Shown piece by piece: positions 49,103 to 59,324 of a stretch of DNA of 64,000 bases (positions are counted from its first letter, which is position 1; each line of letters starts with the position of its first letter). Source of the DNA: an uncultured Pelagibacteraceae bacterium (GTDB taxonomy: Bacteria; Pseudomonadota; Alphaproteobacteria; Pelagibacterales; Pelagibacteraceae); the NCBI GenBank assembly GCA_902566705.1, contig CACFJT010000005.1, positions 529-64,528 of the forward strand. The letters run 5' to 3'. A program made the translations under genes and the position numbers. Under the pieces are notes generated by a model that was given only the letters and a program-made list of their open reading frames with translations, ran no database searches and was not told the origin of the DNA.

Positions 49103-51232
49103 ATGAGCGGAACAGTCGAAACAATACTATTATACACAATCGGAGCTGGTTTATTATCTATCGTATATGGATTTTTAACTGGTAAAAATATTCTTAACTC
49201 AAGTGCAGGAAACGCAAAAATGCAAGATATTGCATCTGCAATTCAAATTGGTGCAAAGGCATATTTAGCAAGACAATACAAAACTATTGCTATTGTTGGT
49301 GCAGTAGTTCTAGTAATCGTAAGTATTGCATTTAGTCCGCTAGTAGGTTTAGGTTATTTAATAGGTGCAGCCTTATCTGGTATTGCGGGATACGTTGGTA
49401 TGCTAGTTTCGGTAGAAGCAAATGTGAGGACAGCAGAAGCATCTAGAAAAGGTTTGGCTCAAGGTCTTTCAGTTGCTTTTAAATCTGGCGCTGTAACTGG
49501 AATGTTGGTTGCTGGTTTAGCGTTATTATCTATAGCTGTTTATTATTATATCTTATTAAAGTCTGACGTAGATGAAAGAGAAATTGTTAATGCTTTAGTT
49601 GCGTTGGGTTTTGGTGCATCTTTAATTTCAATTTTTGCAAGATTAGGTGGTGGAATTTTTACAAAAGGTGCAGATGTTGGTGCTGATTTAGTTGGTAAAG
49701 TTGAGGCTGGAATTCCAGAAGATGATCCAAGAAACCCTGCTGTAATCGCAGATAACGTTGGTGACAACGTTGGAGATTGTGCGGGGATGGCTGCTGATTT
49801 GTTTGAAACTTATGCAGTTACAATCGTCGCGACAATGGTTTTATCTTCAATTTTCTTTGTTGGAGATTTAAATATGATGATTTACCCCTTAACAATTGGT
49901 GCTGCATGTTTGTTAACATCAATTGTTGGAACATTTTTTGTTAAACTTGGAAGAAGTAATAATGTTATGAACGCTTTGTATAAAGGGTTTGTTGTTTCTG
50001 CAGTAGCTTCATTAGCAATTTTATACCCTGTAACGGATTATGTAATTGGTTTAGATACAAGTTATAATTTTAATCCAGAACAGGCAGAAAGCACTACACC
50101 GCTTACATTTACGGGTATGGGTTTATACATGTGTGGAGTTATTGGACTTGTAATAACTGGTTTATTAATTTGGATTACAGAATATTACACAGGTACAAAC
50201 TATAGACCTGTTAAATCCGTTGCTTTATCATCTACAACGGGTCACGGTACAAATGTTATTCAAGGTCTTGCAGTTTCTATGGAAGCAACCGCAATCCCTG
50301 CATTAATAATTGTTGTAGGTATCCTTGTAACTAATTCTATTGCTGGACTTTTTGGTATTGCTATTGCAGTAACTACAATGCTTGCATTAGCTGGTATGGT
50401 TGTTGCACTAGACGCATACGGACCAGTTACTGATAATGCTGGAGGTATTGCTGAAATGTCTAATCTTGATAAGAAAGTTAGAAAAACAACAGATGCTTTA
50501 GATGCTGTAGGAAACACAACTAAGGCTGTTACAAAAGGTTATGCAATTGGTTCTGCTGGTTTAGGTGCTTTAGTTTTATTCGCAGCATATACAGAGGATA
50601 TCAAACATTTTTCAAAAGAAGCAGGATCTGCGTTAGAGGGAATTGTAGTAACTTTTGATTTGTCTAATCCTTATGTTGTAGTCGGTCTTTTAATTGGTGG
50701 TATGTTGCCTTATCTATTCGGTTCAATGGGAATGCAAGCCGTTGGAAGAGCAGGTGGAGCTGTAGTTGTTGAAGTCAGAAGACAATTTAAAAAATTCCCC
50801 GGTATAATGAAAAGAAAACAAAAACCTGATTATGCTAAATTAGTAGATTTACTTACTGTTGCTGCTATAAAGGAAATGATTATACCCTCTTTGTTACCTG
50901 TTCTTTCGCCTGTTGTTCTTTATTTTATTATTTTGTCTATTGGTGGACAAGTTGCAGCTCTGGCATCAGTTGGTGCTATGTTGCTTGGTGTAATTATCAC
51001 AGGTCTTTTTGTAGCTGTTTCAATGACTGCTGGTGGTGGTGCTTGGGACAATGCAAAAAAATTTATTGAAGATGGAAATCATGGTGGAAAAGGTTCTGAA
51101 GCTCATAAAGCTGCAGTTACTGGTGATACTGTTGGTGATCCCTATAAAGATACTGCTGGACCAGCAGTTAATCCAATGATCAAGATTACTAATATCGTAG
51201 CATTGCTTCTTTTAGCAGTTATCGCTGGTTAA
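49103..51232 (+). CDS. hppA: Membrane H+-translocating pyrophosphatase (K+-independent type)
   Basis: [34 protein letters not shown] (Lys variant), [10 protein letters not shown]. Confidence 0.93.
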   Translation: MSGTVETILLYTIGAGLLSIVYGFLTGKNILNSSAGNAKMQDIASAIQIGAKAYLARQYKTIAIVGAVVLVIVSIAFSPLVGLGYLIGAALSGIAGYVGMLVSVEANVRTAEASRKGLAQGLSVAFKSGAVTGMLVAGLALLSIAVYYYILLKSDVDEREIVNALVALGFGASLISIFARLGGGIFTKGADVGADLVGKVEAGIPEDDPRNPAVIADNVGDNVGDCAGMAADLFETYAVTIVATMVLSSIFFVGDLNMMIYPLTIGAACLLTSIVGTFFVKLGRSNNVMNALYKGFVVSAVASLAILYPVTDYVIGLDTSYNFNPEQAESTTPLTFTGMGLYMCGVIGLVITGLLIWITEYYTGTNYRPVKSVALSSTTGHGTNVIQGLAVSMEATAIPALIIVVGILVTNSIAGLFGIAIAVTTMLALAGMVVALDAYGPVTDNAGGIAEMSNLDKKVRKTTDALDAVGNTTKAVTKGYAIGSAGLGALVLFAAYTEDIKHFSKEAGSALEGIVVTFDLSNPYVVVGLLIGGMLPYLFGSMGMQAVGRAGGAVVVEVRRQFKKFPGIMKRKQKPDYAKLVDLLTVAAIKEMIIPSLLPVLSPVVLYFIILSIGGQVAALASVGAMLLGVIITGLFVAVSMTAGGGAWDNAKKFIEDGNHGGKGSEAHKAAVTGDTVGDPYKDTAGPAVNPMIKITNIVALLLLAVIAG

Positions 51233-51704
51233 TTTTTTTTCGATTTTTGGCCCTCTGTCCAAGAGGGTCATTAATTTTTTGTCTCATGCTAGACATGAAA
51301 TCATAAATAAATGAATTTTTTTTAAACCCAGCTACAGTTGTACCATCAACTATTTTTAAATTATTCATGTCATCCATATTATAAAAACTTTTCTTTTTAA
51401 GAATTCCATAATTATCAATTTCTAAAACTAAAACATCATTTTTAATAATTTTCATTTTTCCTAAATTTTTAATTTTTGACTGTGATTGTTTTCTCTCTAT
51501 ATATATCCATATATCATTATCAAATTTACTAGTTGTTGAAGGATTTCCTAAAGTGTTCCTAATATCATTTTTATTTGTTTTATTAATAACCAGATCTAAT
51601 TGTTTTTTTTCTAAAAAAGGTACCCCATGATGTTTTACCACAGGTTTAATAGAACAATTTGAAACTATGATAGATAATAAAATTATATATAATATTTTAT
51701 ACAT
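51219..51704 (-). CDS. bamE: Outer membrane protein assembly factor BamE
   Basis: Lipobox [18 protein letters not shown]. Confidence 0.8.
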   Translation of the reverse strand: MYKILYIILLSIIVSNCSIKPVVKHHGVPFLEKKQLDLVINKTNKNDIRNTLGNPSTTSKFDNDIWIYIERKQSQSKIKNLGKMKIIKNDVLVLEIDNYGILKKKSFYNMDDMNNLKIVDGTTVAGFKKNSFIYDFMSSMRQKINDPLGQRAKNRKKINQR

Positions 51705-52170
51705 GAGTGAAAAATATATACATATTTATAACAATTTAATTAATTACACTAGAAATAAAGATCTATATAAAAATCTTAATAGACAAGATAATTTCTCAGA
51801 TCGATTAACGTTTTTTTTGCTCCATTTTTCTTTTTTCTTAAAAAATTTTAAAAATGATGAAAATAAGAATATTTTGCAAGAAATTTATGATTTTAATTTT
51901 AGACAACTAGAATTGAGTATTAGAGAGATAGGTTATGGAGATCAATCAATTAATAAAAAAATGAAGGTTTATATAAATTTATTACATTCTATGGTTTCCG
52001 AAATTCACTTTTGGGATAAACTTTCAAAATCAGAAAAATTAAAAAAAATTTCTATATTTTTAGCTGATTTTCAAAATATTGAGGAATTACTAGATTATTT
52101 TGATAATTTTAACTTAAATTTATCAAAAAAAACTTTGAATTCTTATTTAAAAAGTGTAAGTAACCCATAA
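51703..52170 (+). CDS. Ubiquinol-cytochrome c chaperone (Cbp3-like)
   Basis: [26 protein letters not shown]; start ATG 51703 probable. Confidence 0.8.
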   Translation: MSEKYIHIYNNLINYTRNKDLYKNLNRQDNFSDRLTFFLLHFSFFLKNFKNDENKNILQEIYDFNFRQLELSIREIGYGDQSINKKMKVYINLLHSMVSEIHFWDKLSKSEKLKKISIFLADFQNIEELLDYFDNFNLNLSKKTLNSYLKSVSNP

Positions 52171-52172
52171 TT

Positions 52173-52355
52173 ATGGCTGTACCAAAACGTAAACAAACCC
52201 CTTCTAGAACCGGAATGAGAAGAGCTCAAACGATGAAATTTTCAAGTAAAAATATTGTTGAGGATAAAAAATCGGGTGAATATCGGCTTTCGCATCATCT
52301 TGATTTAAAAACTGGCATGTATAAGGGAAGACAAGTTTTAGATCCAAAAGAATAG
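52173..52355 (+). CDS. rpmF: 50S ribosomal protein L32
   Basis: MAVPKRK...GMRR...GMYKGRQV. Confidence 0.95.
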   Translation: MAVPKRKQTPSRTGMRRAQTMKFSSKNIVEDKKSGEYRLSHHLDLKTGMYKGRQVLDPKE

Positions 52356-52368
52356 TATAATTACTTTA

Positions 52369-53370
52369 ATGTCAGATTTCATAAAAATTGCAGTAGATGC
52401 AATGGGTGGAGATGGTTCACCAAAGAAAATAATTGATGGAATTATTTTTAATCATTCTAAAAATAAAAAGAACTTTTTTAAAATTTTTGGTGATAAGAAC
52501 AAAATACTTCCATTAATAAAAGGAGAAATTCCTGAGGAGTTTTTCGAAATAATTCATACAGAGAAAAAAATCGAAAGCACAGATAGTCCACTGGAGGGTG
52601 CGAAAAGAGGCAAAGACACTAGTATGTGGCTTGCAATTCAAAGTGTAAAAGATAAAGAAACTGATATTGTTATATCTGCAGGTAACACAGGAGCATTATT
52701 AGTTGTTTCAAAACTTAATTTAAAAATGATTGAAAATATAGACAAACCTGCTTTATCTGCATTATGGCCAAATAAAAAGGGTATGAGTGTCGTATTAGAT
52801 TTAGGAGCAAATATAGAATGTAGTTCTAAAAATTTATTAGATTTTTCAATAATGGGAGCTTCCTTGTATACATCTCTATATCCAGATGATAAACCAAATG
52901 TAGCATTACTTAATATCGGATCTGAAGAACTTAAAGGAAACGAGATTATAAAAGAAACATATAAATTATTGAATGAAAAAAAAACAGAAAATTATAATTT
53001 TTCAGGATATATTGAGGGAAACCATCTTATGGATGGACAAGTAAATGTAATTGTGTCTGATGGTTTCACTGGTAATGTTGCATTAAAAACCGCTGAAGGA
53101 ACTGCAAATTTTATAACTAGTGAATTAAAGGGCGCAATGACTGGTTCTATTTTAGGTAAAATCTCATCTTTACTAAACATTTCTAATTTAAAAAAATTTA
53201 AAAAAAGACTAGATCCAAGGTTATATAATGGAGCTATATTTATTGGTTTAGACTCACCTGTTGTTAAAAGCCACGGTGGAACTGATTATATTGGATTTTC
53301 AAATTCTATAGATGTTTGTCATAGAATAATTAAAGGTAATTTGATAGAAAAAATAAAACAAAATATATAG
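52369..53370 (+). CDS. plsX: Phosphate acyltransferase PlsX
   Basis: IAVDAMGGD, SAGNTGA, DGFTGNVALK, VVKSHG. Confidence 0.96.
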   Translation: MSDFIKIAVDAMGGDGSPKKIIDGIIFNHSKNKKNFFKIFGDKNKILPLIKGEIPEEFFEIIHTEKKIESTDSPLEGAKRGKDTSMWLAIQSVKDKETDIVISAGNTGALLVVSKLNLKMIENIDKPALSALWPNKKGMSVVLDLGANIECSSKNLLDFSIMGASLYTSLYPDDKPNVALLNIGSEELKGNEIIKETYKLLNEKKTENYNFSGYIEGNHLMDGQVNVIVSDGFTGNVALKTAEGTANFITSELKGAMTGSILGKISSLLNISNLKKFKKRLDPRLYNGAIFIGLDSPVVKSHGGTDYIGFSNSIDVCHRIIKGNLIEKIKQNI

Positions 53371-53371
53371 T

Positions 53372-53671
53372 ATGAGAATAAATCTAACTAAAAAAGACTT
53401 AGTTAATTTAATATACATGCAACTTGGATTTTCAAAAAAAATTTCAGAAAATTTAATTGAAGATTTTTTCTCAATTATTATGTCCAATATTAAAAAAGAA
53501 AAAAAATTAAAATTATCGAAATTTGGTACTTTCACAATAAGGCAAAAGAAATCTAGAATTGGAAGAAATCCTAAAACAAAAGAGATTAAAGAAATTTCTA
53601 GTAGAGATGTAGTTTTATTTAAACCTTCAAAATATTTTAAAGAATTTATTAACATGAAGGATAATGAATAA
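53372..53671 (+). CDS. ihfA: Integration host factor alpha subunit
   Basis: LTKKDL, FGTF, RIGRNPKT, FKPS; position after plsX. Confidence 0.88.
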   Translation: MRINLTKKDLVNLIYMQLGFSKKISENLIEDFFSIIMSNIKKEKKLKLSKFGTFTIRQKKSRIGRNPKTKEIKEISSRDVVLFKPSKYFKEFINMKDNE

Positions 53672-54047
53672 ATCAGATAGTGCTTATAAAACTATTGGTG
53701 AGGTAGCGAAGATATTAAATCTTAAATCAAATGACAAAAAATCATTACCAACACATATAATTAGATTTTGGGAAACTCAATTTAAACAAATTAAGCCAAA
53801 GTTATTAAATTCTAACAGGAGGTATTATGATGAAAAAACAATTAATCTTCTTAAAAAAGTTAAATTTTTACTCAAAGATCAAGGCATGACAATAAAAGGT
53901 GTTAAAAAAATATTAAATAATGAAGATTCTTTAAAGCTTGACGAAATTGCAGATAAATCTATAAGAGCTGAAAATCTAAGAAATAAGTTATTAAAAATAT
54001 CAGTTAAATTAAAAGAATTAAAAAATGGCAAAAAAAACACACGTTAA
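53664..54047 (+). CDS. MerR family transcriptional regulator
   Basis: TIGEVAK, IRFWETQF, RRYY, GMTIKG. Confidence 0.88.
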   Translation: MNKSDSAYKTIGEVAKILNLKSNDKKSLPTHIIRFWETQFKQIKPKLLNSNRRYYDEKTINLLKKVKFLLKDQGMTIKGVKKILNNEDSLKLDEIADKSIRAENLRNKLLKISVKLKELKNGKKNTR

Positions 54048-54216
54048 AATTAGAATGGTTCCCGAGGCAAAACCAGATAGTCCTTATTTCTATTATCTTA
54101 AAAAACCAGCTGGGGGTGAAAAAGCCAAAGTTAAACTTTCAGCAAAAAAATATAATCCAGATACAAGAAAACATGAAATGTTTGTGGAAAAAAAGCTCCC
54201 ACCTCATAGCAAGTAA
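54025..54216 (+). CDS. rpmG: 50S ribosomal protein L33
   Basis: MAKKTHVKIRM...KKYNPDTRKHEMFVEKK. Confidence 0.85.
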   Translation: MAKKTHVKIRMVPEAKPDSPYFYYLKKPAGGEKAKVKLSAKKYNPDTRKHEMFVEKKLPPHSK

Positions 54217-54507
54217 TTATTTTTTTTTAAAGTTTCTTTTCTCATAATCGATATAAGATAAAATCATATTCTTCCATATACGATTGGTAATCTTAGGATC
54301 AATGTTTAGTTTTTTAGATTTTAAGCGAATTTTCCTAAGAATAAAATTAATCCTCTTTTTATCAACTATTTCTTTTTTAAACTCTTTAAGCTTTAAAACT
54401 TCTTTTACAAGATTTGTTCTAAATTTAATTAAATTTAATAACTTATTGTCTAACCTATCTAATTTAGATCTAATTATTTCCAATTTTTTTATGTTTTTAG
54501 GCGACAT
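54217..54507 (-). CDS. Chorismate mutase (AroQ type)
   Basis: IRSKLDRLDNKLLNLIKFR...IVDKKR. Confidence 0.8.
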   Translation of the reverse strand: MSPKNIKKLEIIRSKLDRLDNKLLNLIKFRTNLVKEVLKLKEFKKEIVDKKRINFILRKIRLKSKKLNIDPKITNRIWKNMILSYIDYEKRNFKKK

Positions 54508-54550
54508 TTAATTTATTGGTTTAATTAATAATTATTATATTTATCTATTC

Positions 54551-55576
54551 ATGTACAGTCAGAATTATTCTTTAAATTCTCAATTAAAATTATGGATGAT
54601 CACTTTATTGTTGATGATCGTACTTATTATTTTTGTAGGTGGTCTTACAAGATTAACTGATTCAGGACTCTCAATTACTACTTGGGAACTGTTTATAGGA
54701 ACATTGCCTCCATTAACAAATGAAAAATGGATAGAATATTTTGATCTTTATAAAACCATACCTGAATATAAAGAGCAAAATTTTAATATGACATTAAATG
54801 AATTTAAAGTTATTTTTTGGTGGGAATGGGTACATCGTCAATTGGGTAGATTAATTGGTTTAACCGTTCTATTACCAATGATCTATTTTACGCTTAAGAA
54901 TGGTTTTTGGGTTTTAAAAGAATATTTAATAATTTTTTTTTTAATTTGTTTTCAAGGTTTTATAGGTTGGTATATGGTTTCAAGTGGGTTGATTGAAAGA
55001 GTTGATGTTAGTCATTATAGATTATCATTACATTTAGTTACAGCTTTTATTATTTTATCTATAGTTTTTTGGAAATATCTTAATCTAGCTCACATAAAAA
55101 TCTATCAAACTAATATCAAATTAAATCCAATAAAATTCTTTCTCTTGTTATTATTTTTGCAATTAATAATTGGAGCCTTTGTTTCTGGTATGGATGCAGG
55201 GAAAATTTATAATACTTGGCCTTTAATGGGATCCTCATTTTTTCCTGATGATAGTGTATTTTCTGATCTTTTTAATATTTCTGTATTTGATGATCAATCT
55301 CTTGTTCAATTTATTCATAGAAATTTAGCATATTTAATTGTTACTTTATATTTTTACATACTTTATTCTGTTTTAAAAAATAACAATATTAAATTAAGAA
55401 CCCCAATTTTTTTTATTGGAATTACTTTATTGTTTCAAATATTTTTGGGAGTTCTTACAATTTTGTCTGGTGTAAAAATGCTTTATGCATCTCTACACCA
55501 GATAAATTCTATTTTAATAATACTTTCAACTTTATATTTTCTTTATATTGTAAAATATAAAGAAACTATTCATTAG
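54551..55576 (+). CDS. ctaA: Heme A synthase (Cox15/CtaA)
   Basis: GGLTRLTDSGLSI, EWVHR, IGWYMVSSGL, HRNLA, LHQ. Confidence 0.92.
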   Translation: MYSQNYSLNSQLKLWMITLLLMIVLIIFVGGLTRLTDSGLSITTWELFIGTLPPLTNEKWIEYFDLYKTIPEYKEQNFNMTLNEFKVIFWWEWVHRQLGRLIGLTVLLPMIYFTLKNGFWVLKEYLIIFFLICFQGFIGWYMVSSGLIERVDVSHYRLSLHLVTAFIILSIVFWKYLNLAHIKIYQTNIKLNPIKFFLLLLFLQLIIGAFVSGMDAGKIYNTWPLMGSSFFPDDSVFSDLFNISVFDDQSLVQFIHRNLAYLIVTLYFYILYSVLKNNNIKLRTPIFFIGITLLFQIFLGVLTILSGVKMLYASLHQINSILIILSTLYFLYIVKYKETIH

Positions 55577-55605
55577 TTTCTTTTTATAGACATTAAAACC
55601 TCAAA

Positions 55606-56934
55606 TTAGCTAACAGCTTTCAGCTTACCCTTTGAAGATTTATTCAATGCTTGGTCTAAATCCTCAATAATATCATCAATATGTTCAATACCGATACAAA
55701 GTCTTACATAACTTTGTGTAACACCTGATGCAGCTAGTTCTTTCTCATTTAATTGACTATGAGTTGTGCTTGCTGGGTGAATTGCTAAACTTCTAGCATC
55801 ACCAATATTAGCAACATGATAGAACATCTTTAAAGACTCGATAAATTTTTTACCAGCCTCAATTCCACCTTTAAGTTCGATGCCAATCATTGGTCCATTT
55901 CCACCTTTTAGATATTTTTTTGCTCTATCAGCAATAGGTTTATCGTGTTCAGTGGAATATATAACTTTCGTTACTTCTTTATGTTTTTTAAGGAAATCAA
56001 CTACGTATTCAGCATTGGCGCAATGTTGTCTCATTCTTAAAGCAACTGTTTCAAGTCCTTGAATTATTGCAAAAGCATTATCTGGAGCCAGAGCTGATCC
56101 TAAGTCTCTTAATAAACAAACCCTTGCTCTAACTGCAAATGGTACATTTGCACCAGTTAGTTCTGGCACAGCTTTTCCCCAGATTACATCATTATAACTC
56201 GCATCTGGTTCATTAAATAGCGGTTGTCTTTTTGGGTCAGCTGTCCAATCAAAGTTACCGCTATCAACTATACTTCCTGCAACTGCTGTACCATGTCCAC
56301 CTATATATTTTGTAAGTGAGTGAATTACCACTGCAGCTCCATGTTCTATCGGTCTACATATTACAGGTGCAGCTGTGTTATCCATTATTAGTGGGATATT
56401 ATATTTTCTTCCAATGTCAGAAACTTCCTTAATTGGAAATACCCTTAAATATGGATTTGGTAATGTTTCACCATAAAAAGCTCGAGTTTTATCGTCTATT
56501 AACTTTTCAAAATTTTCAGGATTACTAGGATCTGCATATCTTATCTCTATCCCAAGTTTGCTAAGTGTATGTGTGAATAAAGATACTGTACCACCATAAA
56601 GATCAGTTGAACTTACTATATTATCACCGGCTTGGGCTACATTTAATACAGCAAACGTAGAAGCGGTTTGACCTGAGGATACAGTCACACATGATAGACC
56701 TCCTTCAAGAGCGGCAACTCTTTTTTCCAGGACATCATTTGTTGGGTTCATTATACGTGTGTAGATGTTACCAAATTCTTTAAGAGCGAAAAGGTTAGCA
56801 GCGTGCTCTGTGTTGTTAAATTGGTATGATGTTGTTCTATAAATTGGAACTGCTACAGCGTTCGTCGCTGGATCACTTCTATAGTCACCACCATGTATGG
56901 CAATAGTTTCAGGGTTATTTCTTTTTTTAGTCAT
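55606..56934 (-). CDS. metY: O-acetylhomoserine aminocarboxypropyltransferase
   Basis: GNIYTRIMNPT, HSLTKYIGGHG, ANIGDARSLAIHPASTTH. Confidence 0.92.
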   Translation of the reverse strand: MTKKRNNPETIAIHGGDYRSDPATNAVAVPIYRTTSYQFNNTEHAANLFALKEFGNIYTRIMNPTNDVLEKRVAALEGGLSCVTVSSGQTASTFAVLNVAQAGDNIVSSTDLYGGTVSLFTHTLSKLGIEIRYADPSNPENFEKLIDDKTRAFYGETLPNPYLRVFPIKEVSDIGRKYNIPLIMDNTAAPVICRPIEHGAAVVIHSLTKYIGGHGTAVAGSIVDSGNFDWTADPKRQPLFNEPDASYNDVIWGKAVPELTGANVPFAVRARVCLLRDLGSALAPDNAFAIIQGLETVALRMRQHCANAEYVVDFLKKHKEVTKVIYSTEHDKPIADRAKKYLKGGNGPMIGIELKGGIEAGKKFIESLKMFYHVANIGDARSLAIHPASTTHSQLNEKELAASGVTQSYVRLCIGIEHIDDIIEDLDQALNKSSKGKLKAVS

Positions 56935-56938
56935 TTTA

Positions 56939-56996
56939 CTCCTTTTTTAGTGCTTCAACATTATGTTAGGCGCACAATACAGTTCAAATGCCTACC
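56939..56996 (-). ncRNA. SAM-V riboswitch
   Basis: Minus strand GGUAGGCAUUUGAACUGUAUUGUGCGCCU-AACAUAAUGUU-GAAGCACUAAAAAAGGAG matches the SAM-V pseudoknot and overlaps the metY Shine-Dalgarno. Confidence 0.9.
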
Positions 56997-57020
56997 GATT
57001 TTTAAAATTTAATGAAGTTT

Positions 57021-57063
57021 CCTTTTTAGCAGTTATAAGCCCGCAATAGGATCAAATCGGCTA
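57021..57063 (-). ncRNA. SAM-II riboswitch (upstream member of a tandem)
   Basis: Minus strand AGCCGAUUUGAUCCUAUUGCGGGCU-UAUAACU-GCUAAAAAGG: P1 AGCC/GGCU, GAUUU, UUGC and 3' GCUAAA consensus. Confidence 0.8.
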
Positions 57064-57146
57064 TTAACTTCTAGCAGAATAGCACCATTTTGCAAGGTAA
57101 ATATAAAATTGACTTTGAGTTATTTAATAGTATTAATCCACGCACA

Positions 57147-57605
57147 ATGACTAAATTTGTAAAAAAAGATCAAGTAACGACATCTTGGTATGAAATCGAC
57201 GCTAAAAATGCTGTTGTAGGTAGATTAGCAACAGTTGTATCCAATATCATAAGAGGTAAGAACAAAACTACGTATACACCTCATATGGATGATGGTGATT
57301 TTGTTGTAGTTAAAAATATTGAACAAGCAAAATTTACTGGAAAAAAATTTCAAGATAAAAAATATTACAGGCACACTGGCCATCCAGGCGGAATTAAAGT
57401 AACAACACCAGAAAAACTTCATGAAAAAAAACCTGGAGAAACTTTAAAAATGGCTGTTAAAAGAATGTTACCTGGTGGAGTATTGGGGAGAAAACAATTA
57501 ACAAAATTAAAAATTTATGCAGGAAACGAACATCCACATTCTGCACAAAATCCGACAGTAATAGAGTTAAATAAATTAAATAGTAAAAATATAGCTAGAA
57601 ACTAA
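57147..57605 (+). CDS. rplM: 50S ribosomal protein L13
   Basis: WYEIDA, GRLA, YTPHMDDGD, YYRHTGHPGG; start ATG 57147. Confidence 0.96.
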   Translation: MTKFVKKDQVTTSWYEIDAKNAVVGRLATVVSNIIRGKNKTTYTPHMDDGDFVVVKNIEQAKFTGKKFQDKKYYRHTGHPGGIKVTTPEKLHEKKPGETLKMAVKRMLPGGVLGRKQLTKLKIYAGNEHPHSAQNPTVIELNKLNSKNIARN

Positions 57606-57606
57606 G

Positions 57607-58044
57607 ATGGAAAATACTCAATCAGCACCAAAATCTCCTAAATTAAAATTGGATTTTAAAGACAGTAAATACGCTACTGGTAGAAGAAAAACATCAATAG
57701 CAAAAGTTTGGTTAAAAAAAGGTTCTGGTAAAATTTATGTAAACGGTAAATTATTTAGTGATTATTTTGCTGATGAAACTCATAAAATGCAAATTACAAG
57801 ACCTTTTGAGATTATTAATCAGGCTACCGATTACGATGTAAGATGCAGTGTAAAAGGAGGAGGACCCACAGGACAAGCAGGGGCTATGGTTCATGGTATT
57901 TCAAAAGCTTTAGTATTATTTGATGAAAATCTAAAAGCCACCTTAAAAACAGAGAAACTTACTACCAGAGACTCAAGAGCAGTTGAAAGAAAAAAACCTG
58001 GTAGAAGAAAAGCTAGAAGAAGCTTTCAATTCTCTAAAAGATAA
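57607..58044 (+). CDS. rpsI: 30S ribosomal protein S9
   Basis: TGRRKTSIA, GGGPTGQAGA, QFSKR. Confidence 0.96.
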   Translation: MENTQSAPKSPKLKLDFKDSKYATGRRKTSIAKVWLKKGSGKIYVNGKLFSDYFADETHKMQITRPFEIINQATDYDVRCSVKGGGPTGQAGAMVHGISKALVLFDENLKATLKTEKLTTRDSRAVERKKPGRRKARRSFQFSKR

Positions 58045-58077
58045 TTTTTTTTTAATTTTTAACTGTTATAATAAAAA

Positions 58078-59100
58078 ATGCCTAAGCTTAACGCATTAGT
58101 TGCTGGATCAACTGGATATATTGGTGTTCAATTAATTAAATTATTAGTTAAACACAAATATATTAATATTAAATACCTTTGTGGAAATTCTTCTGTGGGT
58201 AAACACGTCAAATTTTACGATAAATCTTTATCTAAATATAAATTACCAAAAATTTTAAAATTTAATGAAAAATTATTAAAAGACGTCCATGTTATTTTTA
58301 CAGCACTTCCAAACGGGGAAGCACAGGATTTATCCAAACATTTAAGTAAAAATCATACTTTAATAGATCTTGCTGCAGATTTTAGATTAGAAAAAGCTTC
58401 TGATTATTTAAAGTGGTACAAACAAAAACATCGAGCAACTAATTTAATAAAAAAAAGTATTTATTTACTTCCTGAAATTAATAGAAAAGAGATTAAAAAA
58501 TATAATATTATTTCATGTCCAGGATGTTATCCAACATCAATATTGCTTCCTCTATTTCCTTTATTTAAGAAAAATTTAATTAAATTTAATAATATTATAA
58601 TTGATTCAAAATCTGGATATTCAGGTGCTGGAAGAGGAGTTCACAAAAAATATAAAGATAAAAATCTATATGAATCTTTAAGCGCATATGGAGTTGGTTT
58701 TCATCGTCACAACTCTGAAATAGATCAAATGTTAAGAAAATTTACTAAGAAAAAATTTCAATTTAGTTTTACTCCTCACTTATCACCAATGTTTAGAGGT
58801 ATTTTAAGTACTATATATGTTGATTTGGAAAATAATATTTCACAAGCAAAAGTATTAAAAACATTAATTAGTTTTTATAAAAATGAGAGTTTTGTAAAAA
58901 TATTAAAGCCTGACTCATTTTTAAGCACCAATGAAGTAATAAATACCAATAATTGTTATATTTCTGTGTGCAAATCTAAATATAGCAATAGAATAATTAT
59001 TCTATCTGCTCTTGACAATTTGATTAAGGGTGGAGCAGGTCAAGCAGTACAAAATCTGAATAGTAAATTTAATTTTTCTGAAAAGACTGGATTAAAATGA
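58078..59100 (+). CDS. argC: N-acetyl-gamma-glutamyl-phosphate reductase
   Basis: GSTGYIG, IDLAADFR, PGCYPT, SGYSGAG, DNLIKGGAGQAVQN. Confidence 0.95.
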   Translation: MPKLNALVAGSTGYIGVQLIKLLVKHKYINIKYLCGNSSVGKHVKFYDKSLSKYKLPKILKFNEKLLKDVHVIFTALPNGEAQDLSKHLSKNHTLIDLAADFRLEKASDYLKWYKQKHRATNLIKKSIYLLPEINRKEIKKYNIISCPGCYPTSILLPLFPLFKKNLIKFNNIIIDSKSGYSGAGRGVHKKYKDKNLYESLSAYGVGFHRHNSEIDQMLRKFTKKKFQFSFTPHLSPMFRGILSTIYVDLENNISQAKVLKTLISFYKNESFVKILKPDSFLSTNEVINTNNCYISVCKSKYSNRIIILSALDNLIKGGAGQAVQNLNSKFNFSEKTGLK

Positions 59101-59324
59101 GAAAATTTATAATAATTTTTTTTTCATTAACATTAGCGAATTGTTCTCTAAACAAAGATTCTCAATATTGGACAGAAAATTCTATTGAAAGCAAAACTAA
59201 TCAAAAAAAATTAAATGAGATATTAAAAAAGTCAGACGATATAACATCAATGACAATAGAGGAATATGAGATTTATATAGATGACTATACAAAAAAGAGT
59301 AAATATCCAAATATAAGCAAATGA
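59097..59324 (+). CDS. Small hypothetical lipoprotein
   Basis: Lipobox LANC; ATGA-coupled to both neighbours. Confidence 0.7.
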   Translation: MRKFIIIFFSLTLANCSLNKDSQYWTENSIESKTNQKKLNEILKKSDDITSMTIEEYEIYIDDYTKKSKYPNISK

